The position numbers were made by a program, and so were the translations under genes. 32,879 bases of DNA, taken from positions 1 to 32,879 of the forward strand of contig JBNKOC010000010.1 in the NCBI GenBank assembly GCA_050294405.1. Direction: 5' to 3'. Numbering within the stretch: the stretch's first letter is position 1; each line of letters begins with the position of its first letter. Origin of the DNA: Fibrobacteria bacterium. GTDB taxonomy: Bacteria; Fibrobacterota; Fibrobacteria; UBA11236; JADFYW01. The notes beneath the pieces are model-generated. The model did no database searches. It saw only the letters and a list, made by a program, of their open reading frames with translations, and had not been told where the DNA came from. Positions 17,251 through 25,961 of this stretch are shown piece by piece.

Positions 17251-17868
17251 TTAGGGAGTTTTTGGATTAAACGCCGCTTTTAATTTTTGGGCAGACTCCT
17301 CAATAAGACGAATTTCTTCCAGATGAGGCTGTTTATTTTTTAGAAGGCTCGATAAACTCAAAATACCACTTAGGTGATTGTTGATTTCGTGGCGAAATTC
17401 CCTGTCCAAAAGGCTTTTATGGCTGGAAGCCTCCCCTTCGGAAAATTTTAAAATCTGAAAACTAAAATTTTCACCTGATTCTTCCCTAATTTCTAGGGAT
17501 AGTTTTTTCCCCCCGTACACTGACAAAAGCCCTTCTAAAAATTCTTTGAGCGCCATTTTATATTTGGCGTCCAAAAAAGCCAGCTTTAAAGCCTTTCCTT
17601 CAAAAGGCATTTTTAAGGGAGCTTCCAACTCCAGCCTGGCGCCAAACAGCTCAAAATATTCCTCCAACCCTTGAGAAAATTCGCTGCTTATTAGCCCCAA
17701 ACTTTTAAGACGCTGTCCCTCAAAATGTCCCAGCCATTTGTAAAACTCTTTTTGCCATTGGGATAGATTTCCCTCCGCGTAGCTCAATTCCTCGGACTCA
17801 AAGGCTTGCAAATAGCTTTGCAAATTTTGGAGGAGCGACTTTATTTCCCAATTTTCATTTAAAAGCAT
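17251..17868 (-). CDS. Hypothetical protein with C-terminal HisKA/DHp-like H-box
   Basis: FRHEINNHLSGILSLSSLL near the C-terminus, with no ATPase domain after it. Confidence 0.6.
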   Translation of the reverse strand: MLLNENWEIKSLLQNLQSYLQAFESEELSYAEGNLSQWQKEFYKWLGHFEGQRLKSLGLISSEFSQGLEEYFELFGARLELEAPLKMPFEGKALKLAFLDAKYKMALKEFLEGLLSVYGGKKLSLEIREESGENFSFQILKFSEGEASSHKSLLDREFRHEINNHLSGILSLSSLLKNKQPHLEEIRLIEESAQKLKAAFNPKTP

Positions 17869-17934
17869 TGCTCACCAGATTTTATTTCATTTCTCAAATA
17901 AATTACTTTTTTATGCTTAGGCCTTTGGGTAATT

Positions 17935-18555
17935 ATGGGAAATACAGAATTAATATCCTTAAACGAAGTCTTTTATTCTATTCAAGGTGAAGGGTTCCAT
18001 AGCGGTAGGCCCGCCATTTTTATCCGTACTGCAGGCTGCAATTTGAGCTGCGAATTTTGCGATACGGACTTTAGCCTTAAATTTAAATGGAGCCCCCGGG
18101 AGTTGATGGAAAAAATATCCCATTACCCCCACAAATTTGTAGTGATTACGGGTGGAGAACCCAACTTACAGAAAAAAGCATTGGAACCTTTTGTTAAAGA
18201 GCTGCAGGCCAGGGGATACTATATTTCCATGGAAACCAATGGGCATTTTGAAGACATTCTTGAGGTAGATTGGATCACCGTTTCTCCAAAACTCAGTCAA
18301 AAAGGCCAATGGGCTTTAAAAAAGGGGCATGAGTTAAAACTAGTATACGAATCCCAGGACCTGGATTTTTATTTGCAATCTGAATTTGAGCATTACTATC
18401 TGCAGCCCAAAGAAATACTAAGCCAACCCTTTGGAAAGGGTAGCCGTTTATCCAGGGAAAGTGAAGAGGAAATAAAAAAAACTTTTGAGGCAGCGCTAAA
18501 AAACCCGCCCTGGAAATTTTCTCTCCAATCCCACAAAGCCATAGGAGTCCGTTAG
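17935..18555 (+). CDS. queE: 7-carboxy-7-deazaguanine synthase QueE
   Basis: EVFYSIQGEG, CNLSCEFCDT (radical SAM), ITGGEP, ETNG and SLQSHK. Confidence 0.95.
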   Translation: MGNTELISLNEVFYSIQGEGFHSGRPAIFIRTAGCNLSCEFCDTDFSLKFKWSPRELMEKISHYPHKFVVITGGEPNLQKKALEPFVKELQARGYYISMETNGHFEDILEVDWITVSPKLSQKGQWALKKGHELKLVYESQDLDFYLQSEFEHYYLQPKEILSQPFGKGSRLSRESEEEIKKTFEAALKNPPWKFSLQSHKAIGVR

Positions 18556-19248
18556 GTGATAAGGGATGTTGTTAACCAGGCCTTATTTCCCACCGAAGAA
18601 GCCCTGGTGGTTTTTAGCGGCGGTCAGGATTCCACCACTTGTTTACATTGGGCTATGCAGCATTTTAAAAAGGTACATGCCGTATTTTTCCATTACGGAC
18701 AGCGGCACAAAATCGAAGAAAATTCTGCCATTGCCATAGCAAAACTCAATATGGTTCCCCTAAAAATTTTACACCTGTCTGCGTTTGCCGAGTTAGGAGG
18801 TAACTCTCTGGTGGACTCTAACCTTGCCATTGAGCAAAAAGAGGGAAGCCTTCCCAATACATTTGTTCCAGGGCGCAATTTAATTTTTTTAACCTATGCC
18901 GCAGGGCACGCCTATAACCTTGGCATTAGGCACATTGTAACAGGCGTTTGCCAAACAGATTATAGCGGCTATCCGGATTGTCGCCTGGATACTTTGAATG
19001 CACTTGAAAAAAGTTTGCAACTGGGAATGGAAAAAGATTTTAAAATCCATACGCCGCTTATGAATTTAAGCAAAGCCCAAACCGTTAAGATGGCATTAGA
19101 ATATGGGGCGATGGATTCCCTTGCTTATAGCCACACCTGTTATGAAGGCGTATTTCCTCCCTGTGGAAGATGTCCCAGTTGCCTTTTGCGGGCCAAGGGC
19201 TTTAGGGAAGCCCAAATTGAAGATCCTATATTGAAACGCGGTTTATAA
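18556..19248 (+). CDS. queC: 7-cyano-7-deazaguanine synthase QueC
   Basis: SGGQDS, TFVPGRN, GYPDCR and Zn motif TCY..PCGRCPSC.LR. Confidence 0.97.
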   Translation: MIRDVVNQALFPTEEALVVFSGGQDSTTCLHWAMQHFKKVHAVFFHYGQRHKIEENSAIAIAKLNMVPLKILHLSAFAELGGNSLVDSNLAIEQKEGSLPNTFVPGRNLIFLTYAAGHAYNLGIRHIVTGVCQTDYSGYPDCRLDTLNALEKSLQLGMEKDFKIHTPLMNLSKAQTVKMALEYGAMDSLAYSHTCYEGVFPPCGRCPSCLLRAKGFREAQIEDPILKRGL

Positions 19249-19311
19249 TTCCCTTTCAATTTGTTATGATTGGAAAGAGGAATTCTTTGCCTTTAATCTT
19301 GGATAATTAAA

Positions 19312-20793
19312 ATGCTCGAAAAATATGATGTATGTGTAATCGGATGTGGCCCTGGCGGTTTTGCAGCTGCCATGCGGGGGCTTGATTTTGGAAAAAATGT
19401 ATGTATTGTAGAAGGCGGCCGCATAGGCGGCGCCGGTATTGTTAACGGAGCCATGACATCCAAAACCCTCTGGGAGCTTGCCAAAGATTATTATGTAGCA
19501 TCAACTGTTGACAGAGGGTATCGCGCCGCAAATTTATCTGTGGATTTTCATGCTGTGCGAGACACAGTTATTACCGCAGCCAAAGAAAAACAATACCAAA
19601 TCCGATCCCAAATTGAATCTTTTAGCCCTGGCAAGTGGAACAACGGCTCCCTTAGTCTGGTAAATGGTTACGGCAAATTTCTCAACAAAAAAGAATTGGA
19701 AGTCACGCGAAAAGACGGAAGCAAAGTCATAGTCAAAGCCGATTTTTTTATTATCGCCACCGGGTCCAGGCCTGTGGGCTTTCCCCACATACCCTTCGAT
19801 CACGAAAGAATTATTAATTCCGATGATATATTATCCCTTCAAAGGTTCCCCAAGCGCATGATGATTATTGGCGCTGGAATTATCGGCTGCGAATACGCCA
19901 CCATATTTTCCAACTTCGGCCAAACGGAAGTTCACCTCCTGGACAGGCAAGCACGTATTATCCCTTTTGAAGATGAGGATTTAAGCAAGCTCATATCCAC
20001 TAATTTAAAGAACAACAATGTTCATATATACCATCATGCCTTAATTCGCGACATCCTGAAAAATGAATCTCACTTGGAGGCCATTGTAGACTACGAAGAC
20101 GGCCATTCCCAGGTTATCGAAGTGGATTTGGTTCTGGTTTCTGTGGGAAGGAGGCCCAATACCGATAATTTAGGACTGGAAAATGTGGGCATCCAAACCA
20201 CTGACAGGGGCCATATTACAGTTGATGAAAATTTATGCGCCACTGATAACATCTATGCTATTGGAGACATTACCGGAAAAAGCGCATTGGTAAATATTGC
20301 TGAAATGGAAGGACGTTTTGCCATTAAAGCCATGTATGGCAAAGTTCAAACTCCCATAAATTATTCCAATATGTCCACCATTATGTTTTTTAGACCTGAA
20401 GTGGCTGCCGTGGGTTTGAATGAACAGCAGTGCCGCGCTAAAAATATCCCCCATAGAGTGGCCTATTACAGCCTGTCTATGGTTAACAGAGCTATAGCCA
20501 TGAGAGCTACCGGTGGTTTTGTTAAAATTATTGTAACCCCAGATTCAAAGCCCAAAATATTAGGCATGCGCTCCGCAGGACCCAGAGCTTCCGATTTAAT
20601 TATTTCCATTGCCATTGCCATGGACCAGGATAAAAACATCCTGGAAATTATGCGCACCACCCAACCCCACCCTTCTATTTCTGAAGCTGTTCAAGATTGC
20701 TTTCGAATGTTGCTGGGAAAATCAATTTATAAACCCAGGGCTTTCCCAGAACAAATGAAAATTACCAGTTGGTCCCCCATGGACGGGGAATAA
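19312..20793 (+). CDS. Lpd/SthA-family FAD-dependent oxidoreductase lacking the redox disulfide
   Basis: IGCGPGG, IATGSRP, GAGIIGCE, IYAIGD and C-terminal PHPSISE. The usual CxxxxC reads GIVNGA. Confidence 0.85.
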   Translation: MLEKYDVCVIGCGPGGFAAAMRGLDFGKNVCIVEGGRIGGAGIVNGAMTSKTLWELAKDYYVASTVDRGYRAANLSVDFHAVRDTVITAAKEKQYQIRSQIESFSPGKWNNGSLSLVNGYGKFLNKKELEVTRKDGSKVIVKADFFIIATGSRPVGFPHIPFDHERIINSDDILSLQRFPKRMMIIGAGIIGCEYATIFSNFGQTEVHLLDRQARIIPFEDEDLSKLISTNLKNNNVHIYHHALIRDILKNESHLEAIVDYEDGHSQVIEVDLVLVSVGRRPNTDNLGLENVGIQTTDRGHITVDENLCATDNIYAIGDITGKSALVNIAEMEGRFAIKAMYGKVQTPINYSNMSTIMFFRPEVAAVGLNEQQCRAKNIPHRVAYYSLSMVNRAIAMRATGGFVKIIVTPDSKPKILGMRSAGPRASDLIISIAIAMDQDKNILEIMRTTQPHPSISEAVQDCFRMLLGKSIYKPRAFPEQMKITSWSPMDGE

Positions 20794-20869
20794 ATTAAGA
20801 ATTCATCCTGCCCAATTTTCCGCAAAAATTTTCCACAGCCTGGGGCCGGGCTATTATATTTCCCCCTAA

Positions 20870-22105
20870 ATGAATATAAAAGCGGCTGTTAATTATTCCC
20901 TGAGTTCCTTTCTAATTTTTTTCGGAGTCAGCTCTCTACAATACCATTCCATTTTAATCGAGAGCAAAGGCATAACCGGAACCTCTTTAGGCCTATTGAT
21001 TATGGCGGGGTATGTGGCCGCAATTGTCGCCCCTTTTATCATGACCTTAATAGGGTCCAAATTTCCAAACACAACATTTTTATTATTTATGTTATGTGTA
21101 GGTTCTGGATCCAGCCTTCCTCTAATGGCATACATAAATGATTTCTGGGGCTTGTGGACGCTTTTTTTCTTTTATAATTTTTGCGTATTCAGCATTTTCC
21201 CTATACATATGGCCCTGGGATTAGAGCTATGCGGCGATAAAGGCAACAATAAATATTTTGTTTTCAGAGCCATTGGCACCCTTGGTTTTGTAGTAGGTTG
21301 CGTATTGTGCAGCTGGCTTAGCCGATATTTGGATTTTAAAGGATTGTATATTTTATTATCGGCATCCTATTTTTTAGCAGTTGCATTTATATGGATGCAG
21401 GCACAACATCAAAAGCAATCAAACCTCAAACCTCCCGCAGTTAGTCTTTCAGGATTCATACCCACTTATAAAAAAGCTTTGAAAATATTTACAGAGCCAG
21501 GTTTTAGCTTTTTGGTATTTATTATTTTCCTGGCCAGCCTGGCCAATACATTGGCTATTGGTGTACAGGGCAATTACATTGTGCACAATTTTGAGGGAAA
21601 TCCCAGCCTGGTTTCTCTTTCCTGGGTAGTGTGCTCAGGCTTTGAAATACCCATTATGTTTATTTGTATGTTTTTGTTAAAACGCTACAGCATAGGGGCT
21701 GTTCTCCTGGCCGGATTAGCGGGAACGTTTTTGCGAATTAATATCATGGCGCTTGCCCCAAACATTAATTATTTATTTTTGGGTTTAAGTCTCCACGGCT
21801 TTTTCTATGCCGGTATCACAACAGGGCTTGGAATACGCATCCACAACTCGCCCCATATTGAGCGGGCGGCTTCACAGTCTTTTATCTCACTTTTTTACAC
21901 GGGGCTGCCTTCAGTAATAGGCGGCTTTTTCTCTGGGTTTATCTGGGAGCATTTTTCCCTGAAGTCTGTGTATGTAGTGGCGCAAATTATTGTTTGCCTG
22001 GCCGCGCTGCTATGGACTTATTTTTATTTTAAGGGTAAAAGTCAACTTGATTTAAAAGCCAACAACTCATCCCAATTAGGTTTATCGGAAAGCAACATTT
22101 CCTGA
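20870..22105 (+). CDS. MFS transporter (MFS_1-like, nucleoside/HcaT permease type)
   Basis: About 12 hydrophobic segments. Y..FRAIGTLGF, EIPIM and LHGFFYA motifs. Confidence 0.85.
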   Translation: MNIKAAVNYSLSSFLIFFGVSSLQYHSILIESKGITGTSLGLLIMAGYVAAIVAPFIMTLIGSKFPNTTFLLFMLCVGSGSSLPLMAYINDFWGLWTLFFFYNFCVFSIFPIHMALGLELCGDKGNNKYFVFRAIGTLGFVVGCVLCSWLSRYLDFKGLYILLSASYFLAVAFIWMQAQHQKQSNLKPPAVSLSGFIPTYKKALKIFTEPGFSFLVFIIFLASLANTLAIGVQGNYIVHNFEGNPSLVSLSWVVCSGFEIPIMFICMFLLKRYSIGAVLLAGLAGTFLRINIMALAPNINYLFLGLSLHGFFYAGITTGLGIRIHNSPHIERAASQSFISLFYTGLPSVIGGFFSGFIWEHFSLKSVYVVAQIIVCLAALLWTYFYFKGKSQLDLKANNSSQLGLSESNIS

Positions 22106-22731
22106 TACATAGAAGGCAAATCCATATTATTGATAAAATTTAATTTTGCCTGGATATAGGCCCATTGAAAAACTCTGAAATAAGCCCTCAATTTTCGAGC
22201 CGTCTCCACCTCCCCCAAAATCCTAAGCACTTCCACAATGGACTCCAAAGTAGACAAGCCATAGTCTTTTTTTTGACGCCTTAACAAATATTCGGTACGG
22301 CCCTTTGGGCTTATAGAGCAAGTGGGCAAAGTGTTTAAATAGGGGGAAAGGTTGTAGATTTTTCGAGCCTGCTTCCAGGTTCCATCTAACAAAATCAGCT
22401 GTTTGGGACCTTCAGGACTTTTTTCCAGGTAACTTTCAAGGGGAATAGAATTTTGGGATGGGAAAATAACAAGGGATTCTTTTTTTGTGTTTTGAATATC
22501 TTCCAACAATTTTTTAGGGGCCTCTGTGCGATACCAAACATGGGTGGAAAATGCCTCCATAACATTGCCCGCCAAAAAGCTGGTATTGGTGGGCTTTTTA
22601 AATTCTTCGCTATGTATTAAAAGGTTAAATTCATGGCCAGATTCTAAACTGGGTTCAATACTGCATACGCAATGGCTTTGAGCCACATGGCAGCGAGGGC
22701 ATCGGATGGTGGTGTACTTTCGTTTCACCAC
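22042..22731 (-). CDS. DTW-domain tRNA-uridine aminocarboxypropyltransferase (TapT/YfiP-like)
   Basis: RCPRC...CVC, H..E..K.TNT, LLDGTWKQARK and LSTLE motifs. Confidence 0.9.
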   Translation of the reverse strand: MVKRKYTTIRCPRCHVAQSHCVCSIEPSLESGHEFNLLIHSEEFKKPTNTSFLAGNVMEAFSTHVWYRTEAPKKLLEDIQNTKKESLVIFPSQNSIPLESYLEKSPEGPKQLILLDGTWKQARKIYNLSPYLNTLPTCSISPKGRTEYLLRRQKKDYGLSTLESIVEVLRILGEVETARKLRAYFRVFQWAYIQAKLNFINNMDLPSMYQEMLLSDKPNWDELLAFKSS

Positions 22732-22746
22732 CCCAATTTAAGCATT

Positions 22747-23556
22747 TTACGCCGTAGCTTCTAAATATCCCTCGTAATTTTCTCTGAGCTCATCTTTTAT
22801 ACGGGATTTTTTCAGCCTTCTTAAGGCCTGATCCCTTAGTTGGCGAACTCTTTCGTGAGAAATATTTAAACTTTCACCCACTTCTCGTAAAGTTTGAGGA
22901 TTTTCGATTCCAATGCCATATAAGCCGCGGATAACCAGTGCTTCTCTTTCCTGCAATTCTCCTAAAAGATTGCGGGCAAAGTGTTCCACAGAATCGATTT
23001 CCACTTCCTTATCGGGACGGGGGACCCGGTCATCGGGAATACTTTCTTCAAAGGAGCTTCTTTTGGAATCACTTTGGTTGTTGTCAAAGCTAACTCCCCT
23101 TTCCCCAATTCGGATAAGTTCCTGAATTTCTTCGTTAATGGATTCTCCATTGGCCATCCCCTTTAGGGCTCGCCGAACTTTTAAATGCTGGTTAGCGGGT
23201 AAACGAATTAGTGAGCCCTGTTCATTTATTGCGCGGGTAATGTAGGCTTTAATCCACCATACAGCGTAGGATATGAATTTAAGGCCGCGGGTGTGATCAA
23301 AGCTCTCAATAGCCCTCATGAGACCCATTGCCCCCTCGCTCACTACATCGGGCAAAGGCAAAGGGCATCCCCGGTATTGCAAGGCCACTTTTAACACAAA
23401 TCTCATATTGGAATTGAGTAGTTTTGCCCTGGCGTAAGCATTGCCCTCACGGCATTTTTTAAACAATTCCTGCTCTTCTTTTTTGCTTAGCGGATGGGTT
23501 TTTCGGATATCGTCTAGATATCTGCGAACTGTTTCGTCTGCTGGATCATAAATCAT
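22747..23556 (-). CDS. RpoD/RpoS-like alternative sigma70 factor (no region 1.1, short region 3)
   Basis: YLDDI...PLS..EE, NMRFV, KFISYAVWWIK, IRLP and TLREVG..L.IS.ERVRQL. GGAGG RBS. Confidence 0.92.
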   Translation of the reverse strand: MIYDPADETVRRYLDDIRKTHPLSKKEEQELFKKCREGNAYARAKLLNSNMRFVLKVALQYRGCPLPLPDVVSEGAMGLMRAIESFDHTRGLKFISYAVWWIKAYITRAINEQGSLIRLPANQHLKVRRALKGMANGESINEEIQELIRIGERGVSFDNNQSDSKRSSFEESIPDDRVPRPDKEVEIDSVEHFARNLLGELQEREALVIRGLYGIGIENPQTLREVGESLNISHERVRQLRDQALRRLKKSRIKDELRENYEGYLEATA

Positions 23557-23587
23557 AATTCCTCCGCGTTAGTTTATATATTGGTTT

Positions 23588-23603
23588 CGCAAATTATGTA
23601 CCA
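23588..23603 (-). promoter_or_regulatory. sigma54 promoter of the sigma70-factor gene
   Basis: Minus strand TGGTACATAATTTGCG with exact GG-N10-GC spacing, 32 bp upstream of the ATG. Confidence 0.72.
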
Positions 23604-23747
23604 AAGTACCCAATCCTTTAAAAAATGCCTCTCAGGACCCATAGTCACTAAAAAAATTAGGATTTTGACATTTCAAAAAAGCTACAATTTTGTTTAAATT
23701 GCCCAAATCATGGCTCTTTTTGACAATTTATTTTCAAAGGTATAAAA

Positions 23748-24884
23748 GTGGCCGGTTTATATATCCATATTCCCTTTTGTGAAAAAATTTGCCCATATTG
23801 TGATTTCTCAACTTGGAAAGCTGGGGAACGGCAACACAACCGCTGGCTCAACAATATAAAGGCCGAAGCCACGGCTCGAAAATCCACGCCCCAAAATTTC
23901 GACACTTTATATTTAGGGGGAGGAACTCCCAGCCTGCTTCGGCTGGATGTGTTAGAAGACTGTTTTCACTTTTTGCGAAGCTATTATAATATAGATACTC
24001 TAAAAGAATTTTCCCTGGAGTCCAATCCCGGAAATTTAACCATTGAAAAAGTGAAATGTTACAAAGACCTGGGGGTCAGCCGAATTAGCCTGGGAGCCCA
24101 AAGTTTCGATTCCCAAAGGTTAAAGTGGTTGGGCCGCAATCACGGACCTTCTGACATTTACAAAAGCGTGGAGCTTTGCCATAAATTTGAGATAGATGTT
24201 AATATTGATATCATTTTTGGCAGCCAGGATCAGAGTGTCTCCCAATTGCTTGAGGATTTAAATTCCGCCTGTTCCCTGTTTCCCCAGCATATATCTTTGT
24301 ATGGGCTTAGTTATGAAGCCAACACGCTTTTTTCCCAACATAAGGAAAAGGGGTTGAAAAAAGAAATTGAAGAAGAACTTTATATTGAAATGTATCTAAA
24401 AGCAAGCGACTACTTAGAAAGCCAGAATATAAAACGCTACGAAGTTTCCAATTTTAGTTTGCCGGGAAAGGAATGTATCCATAACATGGGCTACTGGAAC
24501 CACAGTCCCTATTTGGGACTTGGTCCAGGCGCCCACTCCCTTATAGGCAATTGCCGCTATTTTAACAGCAAAAAATTTGCGCAGTATGAAAAGCATGTTA
24601 TGGCCGGTTATCCCTTAGAGGAAGATAAAATGGAGCGACTCAGCTTGGATAACCGCTACCATGAAAAGATTTGGCTCTCCTTAAGAACCGTTCATGGTCT
24701 GGATTTAAAGGCTCTAAAAGCTGAATTCAATCGGCACCCTGAGCTAGAATTACTGGAAAAATGGATTAAAAAAGCGTGGCTCGTGGAGTTTGAAAGCCAA
24801 AAATACAGGCTGGAAGGAAAAGGCTGGGCGCTCATAGATGCGCTAACCCTAGATGCTATCCACCAAACTTTCTATTATGCCTGA
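23748..24884 (+). CDS. hemW: Radical SAM heme chaperone HemW
   Basis: LYIHIPFCEKICPYCDF, GGGTPS, YEVSNF and the HemW motif HNMGYW. Confidence 0.9.
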   Translation: MAGLYIHIPFCEKICPYCDFSTWKAGERQHNRWLNNIKAEATARKSTPQNFDTLYLGGGTPSLLRLDVLEDCFHFLRSYYNIDTLKEFSLESNPGNLTIEKVKCYKDLGVSRISLGAQSFDSQRLKWLGRNHGPSDIYKSVELCHKFEIDVNIDIIFGSQDQSVSQLLEDLNSACSLFPQHISLYGLSYEANTLFSQHKEKGLKKEIEEELYIEMYLKASDYLESQNIKRYEVSNFSLPGKECIHNMGYWNHSPYLGLGPGAHSLIGNCRYFNSKKFAQYEKHVMAGYPLEEDKMERLSLDNRYHEKIWLSLRTVHGLDLKALKAEFNRHPELELLEKWIKKAWLVEFESQKYRLEGKGWALIDALTLDAIHQTFYYA

Positions 24885-24887
24885 ACC

Positions 24888-25961
24888 ATGATGATTTCCA
24901 TAAAAACCGCCGATGGCGAAGTGTTGTACCAGTTTGATGAGGAAGACAACAACCTTATTATGACATTGGAAAACGCCATTAATTCAGAAACAATACTTGC
25001 TGGCGCTAATTTGAAATCGGCTTTGTTACACAAGGCAAATTTGGGGATGGGTCAATTTGCCGGAGCCAATTTTAAGCGGGCCAATTTGAACCAGTGCCAA
25101 TTAGGGGAAGCGGATTTCAAAGGAGCAAATTTCTCTCAAGCCCAACTGTTCCAGGCCCAAGGGCGATACTCCAACTTTAAAGAAGCCAGCTTGGAAGGTT
25201 CTTATTTGGAAGAATCTGATTTTTCATTTAGCGATTTTGAAAAAGCTAATCTCAGTTTTTGTAACTGGAAAAATGCGGTTATCAATGGATGTAATTTAAT
25301 TGAAGCCCAATTGAAGGGAACAGATTTATCCAACAGCGATGCCGTTGGGCTCAGCGCAGAGTCTGTAGATTTTTCTTACGCTCAATTCGATGAGGCGGAT
25401 TTAAAAGGCGGAAATTTTGGACACGGAATTTTCGAACAAACCAGCATGTATATGACGGATTTATCCGATGCGGATTTGACAGATTCTGTATTTTCAGGTA
25501 CTCAATTGGGCAACGCTGTACTCCACGAATCCAATTTTGCCAATTGTAAATTGACCGAAGTACTATTGGAAAACGCCAGAGCCCATCGGGCCAAATTTAA
25601 AAATACTCGAATAGAAAATTGTGAGGCCCTTGGTTTTAGCGCTTTTGGCTCGGGATTTCGGAACTCAAAAGTAGAAGAACTCAAAAGCGCCTATGGCATA
25701 TTTGAAAATTGTTTTTTTAGCCAATGTTATTTTAAAAATTGCAATTTTTCCAACGCCAGTTTTATAAACGCCAAATTTGAGAACTGCCAATTTGAAAATT
25801 GCGATTTTCGAAATGGCGATTTGCGTGGGACCGCTTTTGAAAATTGCAGCTTCCATACCATTGAGCTCACCGGTTGCCGCCGCAACATTGATGATCCGCA
25901 AATTGAGGGCTGGGAATTCAGCAAAGAAGATTTGTTTTTAATTAAAAAACAAACTGTTTAG
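24888..25961 (+). CDS. Pentapeptide repeat protein
   Basis: About 290 aa of A(N/D)(L/F)xx five-residue repeats. Confidence 0.93.
   Translation: MMISIKTADGEVLYQFDEEDNNLIMTLENAINSETILAGANLKSALLHKANLGMGQFAGANFKRANLNQCQLGEADFKGANFSQAQLFQAQGRYSNFKEASLEGSYLEESDFSFSDFEKANLSFCNWKNAVINGCNLIEAQLKGTDLSNSDAVGLSAESVDFSYAQFDEADLKGGNFGHGIFEQTSMYMTDLSDADLTDSVFSGTQLGNAVLHESNFANCKLTEVLLENARAHRAKFKNTRIENCEALGFSAFGSGFRNSKVEELKSAYGIFENCFFSQCYFKNCNFSNASFINAKFENCQFENCDFRNGDLRGTAFENCSFHTIELTGCRRNIDDPQIEGWEFSKEDLFLIKKQTV

Noticed and set aside
17935..19248. queE-queC as a Dpd DNA-modification or QatC/Cap9 defence locus
   Set aside because: Both are canonical in length and motifs. No dpdA, TGT-like, ATPase, TatD or CBASS genes adjacent, so ordinary queuosine synthesis is the simpler reading. 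No preQ1 riboswitch was recognised.
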